From an uncultured Gammaproteobacteria bacterium (GTDB taxonomy: Bacteria; Patescibacteriota; Microgenomatia; UBA10105; UBA927): a DNA stretch of 47,396 nt. Location of the stretch: NCBI GenBank assembly GCA_964358845.1, contig CAYHQC010000001.1, forward strand, positions 1 through 47,396. Reading direction: 5' to 3'. Positions 21,583 to 30,490 of the stretch are shown piece after piece. The translations under genes were made by a program, and so were the position numbers. The stretch's first letter is position 1. Each line of letters starts with the position of its first letter. The notes beneath the pieces were generated by a model. The model was given only the letters and a program-made list of their open reading frames with translations, made no database searches and was not told the origin of the DNA.

Positions 21583-23704
21583 AAAGATGGGTAAGAAGTG
21601 ATAACTGAAGGCCGAGTCGTACACTTTTGGGAGAGTAGGTGAATATAACTTCACGACTGCCTTTTGGCAGTACTACGCCACGGTATGTTATGTTTACGGG
21701 GAAAATATGGGCGTTTTTTCCGTCAATCGTTGCTTTCCAATCCGGATAAAAGGTATCAGATAGCACTAAAAGTGTCGGAATGGAGACAGGTAGGAGTGTA
21801 ATGATCGTTTTTGTTTGCGAAGGCCTATATAGAGAAAGACCGAGGTCTACAGGCAGATCCGGCATTTGGTTTATAGCATCTTGGAGCAGAGGAATTTTTT
21901 GGGCGTCTATTTTTGAGACAAGCACAGACTTTGTCGTAGCAAATGAAGGATTGGAAAGAAGTGAAATTGCTTCATTAAGTGTTGATGCTGTGGCGGCCGT
22001 AGTCGCTCTATACGCCTGATCTAATGCGTTAAGATTCGTGTAAGCATAGAGAGGAATAGATCCATCAATTGTCTGTTTTATTTGAAGTGCCGTATTTTCA
22101 ATCGGGAGAAACGAGTGTATTTCTTTGATGCCGCTACTTGACAGAAGCGAGATTGCAGAAGCACTCAGTGTCGCAGCCTGGGATGAGAGTTGTATTTGTT
22201 GGGTGAGAATATCGTTTATTAGTGCTTGCCGCTTGAGAAATCGACCGGCATAGACGTTAAACGCCGATACATTCCAAAACATGTTGGCATCGGGTGAAAG
22301 TCCGCGGTACAAAGGAATATAATCTTTTGGGTTAGTCCATCCTTTAGTAGTAAAAACGCTGTTATGGATAAACGATTCACCGAGCGTTATCATTCGAACA
22401 GAGTCTTTGGGTGCTTGAATGGGTTTGGTAAGAAGTGATTCTTTGGGTACGAGCAGATGATATGACCACCAGGTAGAAAAAAGTACGATTGTTTGAAGAA
22501 AAAGAGTTGACACAAGTATGATTTTGATATGTCTTGGTTTAGACTGATTCCACCACTCCGACATCTGGAGCGATGAGACGATGACAACGACAATAGAAGT
22601 AATCCACAAAAAACGAGATGGAGCACGAAAAAGTGTTAACGGCCAGATCCCATACAAAAGATAAATTGGTGAATGTTTCCCCCACGCAAAAACTATGGAG
22701 CCAACAATAAGAAACAGGTAAAAGCGGATATCGGGATGTTTCGATTTGAGAAACCAGTACACAGCAAATAGGAGAGGAAAAATGCCAAGATATGCCGTAT
22801 TTTCCCAAAAAATGCTTGCATCAAATCGGTAAAATGGTGGATACGTGCCTAGTTTGGGATTGCCGAAAGCGAAAGGATTTATAAATGAGAGAAGATGTGA
22901 AAGCGGCATAGAAAACATGGATGCCGTTTCTTGGTCAAATCCATAGGGATGGGTGCTCGCTTTCAAGAATTCATACGAAGGCAAGAGTTGTGCTGCAGCA
23001 CCCATAAGTCCGACTACAGTAGCAAGAAATAGAAAAAGTAATCGCCAATATATTTTAGTTTTGATGGTACGATAGAGGGCATAGGAATACAGGACGCACA
23101 TGGTCAAAAAAACTACTTGCGGAAAGCCTACAAATATTTGTTGCGCGATAAGGAGCGCAAGTAGACAATAGTGAAAGAGTGTATTTTTTTGAAGCGCTAT
23201 GATGCCAACGCCAACGATAAAAGGCAAAAGACTGATGGCTTGAAGCAGTGAAATGTGCGGCAATTGCAATATTGAAAGGCCGCTAAATGAAATGCTTATC
23301 GCACCAAAGAGTGCCCCGATTGCCGCCACACCCAAAACACGAAGCAAAAAGTACATGCCCGCACCAAGTGTTAAGACTGAAAGAGACAAGAGGATGCTAT
23401 ACGCTGTTACCCAATCTAGATATCGAAAGAGAACAAGGTTTGGTAGGTACAGCGAACCTGTTTGACCTTCGGCAAATAAAGGAAAGCCAGTACCTATGTC
23501 ACTTCGCCAGAGGGGCAACTCTCCCTTTTTTATTGATTCAGAGAGAGCAAATTTTGTAGGCATGCTAAAGTGCCATGCGTCAGATCGGCCGAAGTCGGGT
23601 GTTACAAGAAGTTGCGGCGTCGGATAAAACAAACGGGCAAAGAATGCCGCTACGAGAGATAGGAGAATACATAGGGCTACAATGTCTGGGAAAAATCGTT
23701 TCAT
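21479..23704 (-). CDS. YfhO-family polytopic membrane glycosyltransferase-like protein
   Basis: GELPLWRSDIGTGFPLFAEGQTGSLYLPN N-terminal signature and many TM segments. Start set at MKRFFPDI (23704). Confidence 0.7.
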   Translation of the reverse strand: MKRFFPDIVALCILLSLVAAFFARLFYPTPQLLVTPDFGRSDAWHFSMPTKFALSESIKKGELPLWRSDIGTGFPLFAEGQTGSLYLPNLVLFRYLDWVTAYSILLSLSVLTLGAGMYFLLRVLGVAAIGALFGAISISFSGLSILQLPHISLLQAISLLPFIVGVGIIALQKNTLFHYCLLALLIAQQIFVGFPQVVFLTMCVLYSYALYRTIKTKIYWRLLFLFLATVVGLMGAAAQLLPSYEFLKASTHPYGFDQETASMFSMPLSHLLSFINPFAFGNPKLGTYPPFYRFDASIFWENTAYLGIFPLLFAVYWFLKSKHPDIRFYLFLIVGSIVFAWGKHSPIYLLYGIWPLTLFRAPSRFLWITSIVVVIVSSLQMSEWWNQSKPRHIKIILVSTLFLQTIVLFSTWWSYHLLVPKESLLTKPIQAPKDSVRMITLGESFIHNSVFTTKGWTNPKDYIPLYRGLSPDANMFWNVSAFNVYAGRFLKRQALINDILTQQIQLSSQAATLSASAISLLSSSGIKEIHSFLPIENTALQIKQTIDGSIPLYAYTNLNALDQAYRATTAATASTLNEAISLLSNPSFATTKSVLVSKIDAQKIPLLQDAINQMPDLPVDLGLSLYRPSQTKTIITLLPVSIPTLLVLSDTFYPDWKATIDGKNAHIFPVNITYRGVVLPKGSREVIFTYSPKSVRLGLQLSLLTHLFIAIAVVCRLMFSIFRTRKKELLPSSHPSHNHDT

Positions 23705-23798
23705 AAAGAATCTATTGGTATATTTAATTTTATTTGGATGTATTTTGCTGGCGAGCTCTAGTCTAGCGGAAGTTGAATAATGTCTCAATGAGTATTTT

Positions 23799-23833
23799 CC
23801 ACATCGGGGGTGGAATAGCTTCGCACATCGGGA
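23799..23833 (+). repeat. REP-A copy 1 (CCACATCGGGGGTGGAATAGCTTCGCACATCGGGA)
   Basis: Lies 2 nt after the stop of RAYT-1. Identical to copy 2. Confidence 0.9.
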
Positions 23834-23835
23834 AA

Positions 23836-24510
23836 TTATGATTCATCTATGGCTACATGTCTTATAAAAGCTAATTCTTTTTGGTAGTCTGCTTGGTCAA
23901 ATGTGAATGATTTAAATGACTCAAGCGTTTTAAAAAAACTTAGAATTTTATTTGTATTGCAATATATATTTCTGTCATTGAGGTATTCTGAGAGAGATGA
24001 CCATTTATATTGAATAAGATCTTCTATTTCTTTTATCATGTATGCTGTGAACGGATTTAGATGAATATATCGCAAGATATGTAATAATTGCTCGTCTGAT
24101 TCTATTCGAATTGCTTTGAACGAGCCTTGGAAAAGGGGCCCTATGCGTTCATTTTTTGTATTGAAATATTTTGTGTAACTATCTTGGGATTTTTTCATAA
24201 ACATTGAGATACCGCCGTCACTCACCTGTTCGAGAAGAAGGTGATAGTGATTGGGCATTAGAACAAATCCAAGAAGTTTGACATCCAGAGGTTGGAGAAG
24301 TTGAGCTTGTTGTATTTGTGCACGATCTTCTAAATTTAGCTTGAGAAAGTTGGTGTATTTAAAGGGTTGTTGTGTGGTCCGATAATATGTAAGCACATCA
24401 AGGAATCGTTTTCGGGAACGATCGTCAGAAAAAATATCACGTTTTTCAACTCCACGATTAAAAATATGGTAAACCTGATTTGTAATAAGAGGTATTAGTC
24501 GGTATGGCAT
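23836..24510 (-). CDS. IS200-like / REP-associated tyrosine transposase (RAYT), HUH Y1 family
   Basis: LMPNHYHLLLEQ (HUH) and RYIHLNPF (catalytic Tyr motif). Bracketed by REP-A copies. Confidence 0.8.
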   Translation of the reverse strand: MPYRLIPLITNQVYHIFNRGVEKRDIFSDDRSRKRFLDVLTYYRTTQQPFKYTNFLKLNLEDRAQIQQAQLLQPLDVKLLGFVLMPNHYHLLLEQVSDGGISMFMKKSQDSYTKYFNTKNERIGPLFQGSFKAIRIESDEQLLHILRYIHLNPFTAYMIKEIEDLIQYKWSSLSEYLNDRNIYCNTNKILSFFKTLESFKSFTFDQADYQKELAFIRHVAIDES

Positions 24511-24546
24511 ATTTATATCTAAGTATACACAAATTTGTTAGTTATT

Positions 24547-24581
24547 CCACATCGGGGGTGGAATAGCTTCGCACATCGGGA
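24547..24581 (+). repeat. REP-A copy 2
   Basis: Identical 35-mer, 37 nt upstream of the RAYT-1 start codon, in direct orientation relative to copy 1. Confidence 0.9.
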
Positions 24582-24631
24582 TATTAAAGCGCTCTTGTCA
24601 TTTTTGTACTGCCCTTGTTTCAAAAGCGCGC

Positions 24632-25399
24632 ATGCTCCATACTGCATATATGGAGTTGATTTTTCTTTTTTTCGTTGGATTATGTGTTGGATCGTTTGTG
24701 AATGTTCTTGCTGACAGGCTGCCGATGGGAGAAGATGTATTAGTATCTCGCTCGCATTGTGATTATTGTAAAAAAATCCTTTCATGGTATGAGCTTATAC
24801 CCGTTCTTTCCTATATTCTGCTACAGAGACGTTGTCGGCATTGTCATAAAGTATTGTCTTTTCAGTATCCGTTCATTGAGCTTATTACAGGTATTGGGTT
24901 TGTGGCAATTGCCCTGATGTTTGGTATGTATACCGGTTTATTTGTAGCATTGTCAGTCGTCTTTGCAATGAGTTTAGTGATATTGGTTGCTGACTTTAAA
25001 TATTTCATCATTCCTGACGTGACACTTCTTGTAATGGGGCTTGTGGGACTATTCGCTCTTACCACACTCCCCTTTCAGGATGTGAAAATTCATTTATTGA
25101 GTGCAGTACTGTCCTTTGTTGGCTTTTTATTTCTTTACCTTTTCACGAAACGGAAAGGAATGGGATTTGGTGATGTGAAGCTTGCCGGTGTTATGGGGTT
25201 ACTATTGGGGTTTCCAAACATTATCATCGCTTTGTATACCGCTTTCTTGACCGGTGCAATGGTCGGTGTCATACTCATGATAGTAGGAAAAGCAAAGATG
25301 AAAACGAAAGTGCCTTTTGGACCGTTTCTCATCATTGGTATGGTCGTTTCTTTTGTATATGGATTGCCTATATATAATTGGTGGATGAAATTGTTATGA
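24632..25399 (+). CDS. pilD: Prepilin peptidase / N-methyltransferase PilD (A24 family)
   Basis: CxxC...CxxC zinc motif (CDYCKK...CRHCHK), GFGDVKL active-site Asp motif, polytopic. The ATG at 24650 is an alternative start. Confidence 0.9.
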   Translation: MLHTAYMELIFLFFVGLCVGSFVNVLADRLPMGEDVLVSRSHCDYCKKILSWYELIPVLSYILLQRRCRHCHKVLSFQYPFIELITGIGFVAIALMFGMYTGLFVALSVVFAMSLVILVADFKYFIIPDVTLLVMGLVGLFALTTLPFQDVKIHLLSAVLSFVGFLFLYLFTKRKGMGFGDVKLAGVMGLLLGFPNIIIALYTAFLTGAMVGVILMIVGKAKMKTKVPFGPFLIIGMVVSFVYGLPIYNWWMKLL

Positions 25400-25929
25400 A
25401 ATCATATATACCCTTCTTACCTGAGTTTGTCCCGCCAAAGGCGGGGCTAACTCGGTCTAGAAGGAGTTATGCGCGGAACAATTCCGATTGTGAAGGGTAT
25501 ACCAAGGCCTTTACTTTGATAGAATTACTCGTTTCTATATCTATAATAGGAATACTGGTGACCATTGGCATCGCATCCTTTGCGACAATAAATAAACAAA
25601 CCCATGATGCAAAGCGAAAAAGTGATATTGAGCAAGTGAGGTCAGCGCTTGAGATGTATCGCTCTGATATGAAATATTATCCAAGCGGAGGCTGTGCAAG
25701 TTCCAGCTGTACTGCTGTAGATGTTCAAACAATCGCCACAGACATAGTAGACTACATGGCTGCAATTCCTACAGATCCAAACAAAGTACAAAAGTATTGG
25801 TATCGGGCAACAACACTGGTTAATGGTCTGTATTACGGATATTGTCTCAGTGCTAATCTAGAAGGTGCTGTGCCGACAGATACCTGTGTTCCCGATGGCG
25901 AGTATAATTGGGGAGTAAGTAATCCATGA
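25396..25929 (+). CDS. Prepilin-type N-terminal domain protein with an unusually long leader
   Basis: KA/FTLIELLVSISIIG. The ATG at 25396 overlaps the pilD stop (ATGA). The 36-aa leader contains a GC hairpin (25431-25445). Confidence 0.65.
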   Translation: MKSYIPFLPEFVPPKAGLTRSRRSYARNNSDCEGYTKAFTLIELLVSISIIGILVTIGIASFATINKQTHDAKRKSDIEQVRSALEMYRSDMKYYPSGGCASSSCTAVDVQTIATDIVDYMAAIPTDPNKVQKYWYRATTLVNGLYYGYCLSANLEGAVPTDTCVPDGEYNWGVSNP

Positions 25930-26405
25930 ATTGGCATACAAAGGGATTTACTCTTATCGAGCTTCTTACGGCTATCACTGCGTTAAGTCTCGTATTGTCT
26001 ATTTCTGGCGCTAGCTATAGCAAATTTAATCGGAAAACGACGTTAAAGCAAGCGAGTCTTACGTTAAAAACCAATCTTCGATCGGTGCAGTTTCGCGCGA
26101 TAAATGGTCAAAAGCCTACGAACATAACATGTACACAGCTTGATGGGTATAGCGTTTCATTTACGAGTTCAAGTTATTCGTATCAAGCGTCGTGTACGCC
26201 AGAAGCTTTAGATGCGCCCGTAACCACGGTTGCCCTTGCTAAAGGAGTCACATTTTCTCCGGTACCCAGTGCCATATTGTATAAAGTATTGGGGGCTGGA
26301 ATCGATAAGGAAAGCCAGATACAAATTACCTTAGTTAATTCGCTTGCCTCTTATATACTTGCTATTAATCCAAACGGAGAAATTATTGATTTAGGTGAGC
26401 AATAG
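25926..26405 (+). CDS. Minor pilin / pseudopilin
   Basis: MNWHTKG/FTLIELLTAITALSLV. 4-nt overlap with the upstream gene. Confidence 0.75.
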   Translation: MNWHTKGFTLIELLTAITALSLVLSISGASYSKFNRKTTLKQASLTLKTNLRSVQFRAINGQKPTNITCTQLDGYSVSFTSSSYSYQASCTPEALDAPVTTVALAKGVTFSPVPSAILYKVLGAGIDKESQIQITLVNSLASYILAINPNGEIIDLGEQ

Positions 26406-26417
26406 CAAGGGATACGT

Positions 26418-26864
26418 ATGAACACACGTTTAAAAGTTCGATTATGTAAATCTTCAGGCCAGTCGCTCATCGAGATGCTTCTCATGATAAGTTTAGTCGT
26501 TGTGTTGGTGACCAGTATTGTGGTTGGCAGTACGGTGAGTCTTAAGAATCAACAAATAAGTAGTTCGAAGGATCAAGCATTACGATACGCGCAACAAGGT
26601 GTAGAAATAGTACGGGCGCTTCGTAATACAGATTGGACATCTTTTCAATTATATTCAGGAAGTTGGTGCATAGATAAAGATGGTATTTTGACTGCTTTAG
26701 TAGATGCGTGCTCTCCGCTTCTTGATGAAAAATATCAACGCGTCGTCACGTTTACATGGGATGCATTAAATGAGCGTATGAGTGTCGAGGTACTCGTATC
26801 ATGGAACATCGGATCCAAAGCGTACGCAACTATGCTGGAGAGTTACTTTACCGATTGGAAATAA
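26418..26864 (+). CDS. Minor pilin-like protein
   Basis: SSG/QSLIEMLLMISLVVVLV, a prepilin-like N-terminus. Confidence 0.6.
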   Translation: MNTRLKVRLCKSSGQSLIEMLLMISLVVVLVTSIVVGSTVSLKNQQISSSKDQALRYAQQGVEIVRALRNTDWTSFQLYSGSWCIDKDGILTALVDACSPLLDEKYQRVVTFTWDALNERMSVEVLVSWNIGSKAYATMLESYFTDWK

Positions 26865-26878
26865 CAATAATAATATTT

Positions 26879-27427
26879 ATGAAAAATCTTAAACGAACAA
26901 AAGGGTTTACCCTCCTTGAAATCGTGGTATCGCTCGGAATTTTATCGGTACTGGGTATCGTGTTAACCCAGTCATTTATTTCTTCTGTACGTACGAGTAC
27001 CAAAGGCGAGATTACTCAAGAAGTGGTGCAGAGCGGAAATTACGCAGTCGAGGTCGCTTCCCGTTTACTTCTCAATGCAAGTACTGTGGTGTCTCCTTGT
27101 ACCTCAGGCGGCACTTCGTCATCATCTTTTATCGTTACAAACCCCGATGGGCAAAATAGTACGTTAGGGTGTGTGAGCAATAGTGATGTTTTACGTATTG
27201 CTTCAAGCAGCGCCTCCAGTGTGTCGTACCTTACCAGCAATGCGGTGACCTTAAGTGGCGCTGACTGCGCAAGTGCGTTAACCTTTGTGTGTAAAATTGT
27301 CGGTGACAGCAATGCTACGGTGAAAATGTCATTTTCCCTTTCGCAAAAAAATGCCGATGCTCGTGTCTATGAAAAAGCATCCTTTCCATTTGAACTGTCA
27401 GTTACCCTGCGAAACTATCACCCTTAG
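26879..27427 (+). CDS. Minor pilin / pseudopilin whose last codons and stop lie inside REP-B copy 1
   Basis: MKNLKRTKG/FTLLEIVVSLGIL; start at the ATG at 26879. The terminal ...tat cac cct tag is part of the repeat. Confidence 0.75.
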   Translation: MKNLKRTKGFTLLEIVVSLGILSVLGIVLTQSFISSVRTSTKGEITQEVVQSGNYAVEVASRLLLNASTVVSPCTSGGTSSSSFIVTNPDGQNSTLGCVSNSDVLRIASSSASSVSYLTSNAVTLSGADCASALTFVCKIVGDSNATVKMSFSLSQKNADARVYEKASFPFELSVTLRNYHP

Positions 27428-27455
27428 GGTGGACTAGCTTCGCACCCTTTCCTTT
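27417..27455 (+). repeat. REP-B copy 1 (TATCACCCTTAGGGTGGACTAGCTTCGCACCCTTTCCTT)
   Basis: Exact reverse complement of 30491-30529 over 39 nt. Lies 3 nt after the RAYT-2 stop. Confidence 0.92.
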
Positions 27456-27458
27456 AAA

Positions 27459-28148
27459 TTATTCATCAGTATCTACATCTATAGCGAGGTGTTCAATTTT
27501 TGCAAATTGATGTTTATATCCAACCTGATCATGAGTGAATGATCTCAAAGAATTAATAGTATGAAACTGACTTTTTACAAAATGTGTGTCACAAATGGAC
27601 TCAGAATGTTCAAGCAGATATTCAGGTAATGACGTCCATGGATATGTGTCAAGTTCTTCTTCCTTTATTATCAATCCAACGACAGGGTTAATGTGTGTAT
27701 ATCGAATGACGTGGAGCAATTGTTCGTCTGTTTCTATGTGTACGGCCTTAAATGGGTGCTGCCAAAGTGATCCGGTGCGTTTGTGCCGAATATTAAAGTA
27801 TTTTGCGAAGCTGTTTGAAATATTTGAAAGAAACGTTGTCACACCGTTATCTTTCATTTGTTTGAGAGTAAAATGAAAGTGATTTGGCATGAGCGAGAAA
27901 GCGTATAAGGACACTTCCATGTCCCCTTTTTGTTCAAGTCGGTCCATGACGTTTTTTTGTACATCAACAGATAATGACGAGTATTGCGAATATCGCATGG
28001 GAAGGTGAGCAAAACGATAGAAGCGGATGAGGTCTTTCATATGTTGATATTCACGCTTAGAGGTAAAGACAGGACGTCGTTCAACACTACGATTGAATAC
28101 GTGATAGGTTTCATCAGTAGAGAGGATGAGACTTCGGACATTCGCCAT
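27459..28148 (-). CDS. IS200-like / REP-associated tyrosine transposase (RAYT), second paralog
   Basis: LMPNHFHFTLKQ (HUH), RYTHINPV (Tyr motif). Same domain order as 23836-24510. Confidence 0.8.
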   Translation of the reverse strand: MANVRSLILSTDETYHVFNRSVERRPVFTSKREYQHMKDLIRFYRFAHLPMRYSQYSSLSVDVQKNVMDRLEQKGDMEVSLYAFSLMPNHFHFTLKQMKDNGVTTFLSNISNSFAKYFNIRHKRTGSLWQHPFKAVHIETDEQLLHVIRYTHINPVVGLIIKEEELDTYPWTSLPEYLLEHSESICDTHFVKSQFHTINSLRSFTHDQVGYKHQFAKIEHLAIDVDTDE

Positions 28149-28188
28149 TAGAGATACGATATCTCAAGTAAAGATCGGAGTCAAGGAC

Positions 28189-28219
28189 GGGGTGCGAAGC
28201 TAGTCCACCCTAAGGGTGA
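28189..28219 (-). repeat. REP-B copy 2 (inverted relative to copy 1)
   Basis: GGGGTGCGAAGCTAGTCCACCCTAAGGGTGA, 40 nt upstream of the RAYT-2 start. Shares the TCAAGGA left flank with copy 3. Confidence 0.9.
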
Positions 28220-28261
28220 GAGGTTCTTTACTCTTTCCTTTAAGTTTCCTACACTGTATTC

Positions 28262-29902
28262 ATGCACGAACGGCAAAGTCCAGCAGGTGTGTCAGTAGAA
28301 AATCAAACAAAAACTGTGTGGTATGGCGTGGGCAAGGCTGTTGAGAAAGGTGCACGTGCTTTGGGTCCTGAAAGCTGGCGCAAAAGAATTCTTTATATTA
28401 TAGATACGCAAATCATCCCCCGTTCAAATCCCAAGTGGCAAGAGTGGGCTAAAACACATAGACAAGAGCTTGAAAACGTTGCAGCAGTTGCAGGAGTAAG
28501 TATTACGGTAGCAGAAATTTCACTAGGTTCCGTCGCTCTATTGTGGGGGGCTAAACGGTTTACGAAATTACTAGAACAGAGTCGTTTAAATAAAAAACTT
28601 GAAAAGCGTTGGGGAAAGTATCCGGTAGCATGGGTGAAGAATACCCCATCAGAGTTATCCTTTTTTCAAGCGCAAATATTTGATAAATTATCAAATACAT
28701 TTGGTATTAGTACTGCGCGAAATGTGTCAGACACCATGAAGACTCTCGTGTATTCTAAAGACATGGTTAATCAACAAGTTACATGGAATAGAGTAGTGAG
28801 CCTTGCAAATGCAGGAAAAGTTGCTGCAGCGCTTGGCCTTTTAGAACATATATTTCAAGAAGGATTTACGTTGGCCGGAAAAAGGCATGGTTGGGCGGAT
28901 GAAATTCCTAATGCATTTAAAAAGTTTTATGCGAGAAAATTTCTTTTGCCGGTATGGTTAGAGACTCCTCAGGTAGAAGAAGTTGCTTCTGCTGGCGTGA
29001 AAGACAGGAAGCATTCAGTCAATGATGTAGTCGATGCTTTTGCAAGAATTCGGGATTATATGCAAACTCCAACATATCTACGTTCGTATAGAAATCAAAC
29101 GAGACAATTTTTAAAAACTAACCCATCTGATCGACTACTTTCATCAGGGCTAGTGAGTACTATGGAAGCGATGAGAAAATATCTTCTTCAACCAAAATCA
29201 AGTGAAGGAATAGTTACTAACTTTATCCCGCCCGCATTAGTTGATGACGCAGTTTTAGGACAGCATCAGTCAATTCCAGCTGGTTGGCTGGATCAATTTC
29301 AAAATCACCTTGCAGGTATAGCCGAAAAAGACTTTCCTGTTAAAGCACCTAAAGAACGGTATGCGACGATAACCTATGACCGGAAACTTAAGGAACTGCT
29401 ACGAAACGATCGATTGGAACCAGTTACGTTTAAAAAACCCAATGGATTATTGGAGCGAATACGACGTGTGCTTAAAGGAATAAAAAACCCTCAACAGATT
29501 CGTGAGCCTTTAGAAGGAGCTGATAGTGAAGCTTTGGGATTTTTTTCTGGTAAAGAGTTATACGGCCCTTTTCTATACGATAAGCCCAAACAAGTTTTAT
29601 TAATAGAGCCATCGGATGACAAACCAATGATTAATCTCAAAGGATTTTTTCAAACAGAAACTTTTCTCGATCGCAAATGGAGGGAAAAGGTTGAGAATGA
29701 ACATAATCGTGGCACTGTTCAGGCAAGAAAAAATCTAGAACAAGCGCGGATGAAATACGGAGAAAAACATCCTTTAGGAATATATTCTGACAAACTTAAG
29801 TTGCGAATGAAGGAATCTGGAGAACAATTATTATTGGCTGAGTCTATCAAAAAGAAGAGTAGAAGAAACAAAAAGAATGGGAAGATGCTCGTTTCCGCTT
29901 GA
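28262..29902 (+). CDS. Hypothetical 546-aa protein with one predicted TM segment and a Lys/Arg-rich C-terminus
   Basis: Long uninterrupted ORF with no recognisable catalytic motif. Hydrophobic segment VAAVAGVSITVAEISLGSVALLWG. Confidence 0.55.
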   Translation: MHERQSPAGVSVENQTKTVWYGVGKAVEKGARALGPESWRKRILYIIDTQIIPRSNPKWQEWAKTHRQELENVAAVAGVSITVAEISLGSVALLWGAKRFTKLLEQSRLNKKLEKRWGKYPVAWVKNTPSELSFFQAQIFDKLSNTFGISTARNVSDTMKTLVYSKDMVNQQVTWNRVVSLANAGKVAAALGLLEHIFQEGFTLAGKRHGWADEIPNAFKKFYARKFLLPVWLETPQVEEVASAGVKDRKHSVNDVVDAFARIRDYMQTPTYLRSYRNQTRQFLKTNPSDRLLSSGLVSTMEAMRKYLLQPKSSEGIVTNFIPPALVDDAVLGQHQSIPAGWLDQFQNHLAGIAEKDFPVKAPKERYATITYDRKLKELLRNDRLEPVTFKKPNGLLERIRRVLKGIKNPQQIREPLEGADSEALGFFSGKELYGPFLYDKPKQVLLIEPSDDKPMINLKGFFQTETFLDRKWREKVENEHNRGTVQARKNLEQARMKYGEKHPLGIYSDKLKLRMKESGEQLLLAESIKKKSRRNKKNGKMLVSA

Positions 29903-29935
29903 CGGACATATAAACGATTGTGCTATATTCATGGT

Positions 29936-30475
29936 ATGAAGAAGTTGATTCATACGTCATCCTCAAATCAAATCTTGCAGAAGAAAGATATCCACGCCTT
30001 GTCATTAAAGATTGATCGCAATCAAAAGGCACTTGATCAATTGGATGGGATATCAAAAAAGATTGATCGCAATCAAAAGGCGCTTGATCAATTGGATGGG
30101 ATATCAAAAAAGATTGACCGTAACCAGAAAGCGCTGGATCAGCTGAATGGGATATCAAAAAAAATTGATCGCAACCAAAAGGCACTGGATATTCTTGTCA
30201 CATATGAAGAAAATTTGAAGCTGATAGGTCCAACCTTTAAAATTTTACAGGAGAACGAAGAAAATTTGAAGCAATTGGGTACTTTACACCAAAGACTCGA
30301 TACGTTGGATAAGATTATGGTGACGGTCGATAAAATGGCAGGAAGCATGCAAACATACCAACAAGAAATAGCACTTCTCTCTCCGAGAGTTTCAACGCAT
30401 ACAGATGATATAGAAAAAATTGATAAACGTCTCGAAGTGATTGAAAAGCAGTTACATAATTCTCTTACACAGTAG
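29936..30475 (+). CDS. Coiled-coil protein with 3.6 tandem 17-aa repeats (KKIDRNQKALDQLDGIS)
   Basis: First in-frame ATG at 29936. Repeat copy 3 differs from copy 2 by 8 synonymous and 1 nonsynonymous change, which argues for real coding. Confidence 0.65.
   Translation: MKKLIHTSSSNQILQKKDIHALSLKIDRNQKALDQLDGISKKIDRNQKALDQLDGISKKIDRNQKALDQLNGISKKIDRNQKALDILVTYEENLKLIGPTFKILQENEENLKQLGTLHQRLDTLDKIMVTVDKMAGSMQTYQQEIALLSPRVSTHTDDIEKIDKRLEVIEKQLHNSLTQ
30008..30193 (+). repeat. 51-nt tandem repeat, about 3.6 copies, inside the coding sequence
   Basis: Units at 30008-30058, 30059-30109 and 30110-30160, plus a partial unit from 30161. Confidence 0.9.
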
Positions 30476-30490
30476 TAGAGGATGTTTATC

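Noticed and set aside
24519-24785. 88-aa minus-strand ORF overlapping REP-A copy 2 and the pilD start
   Set aside because: It spans a repeat and the 5' end of a well-supported gene, so it is most likely spurious.
29847-30185. 112-aa minus-strand ORF with periodic SFLISHPIDQ.PFDCDQ sequence
   Set aside because: Its periodicity is simply the antisense reading of the 51-nt tandem repeat. The sense frame shows synonymous-biased divergence.
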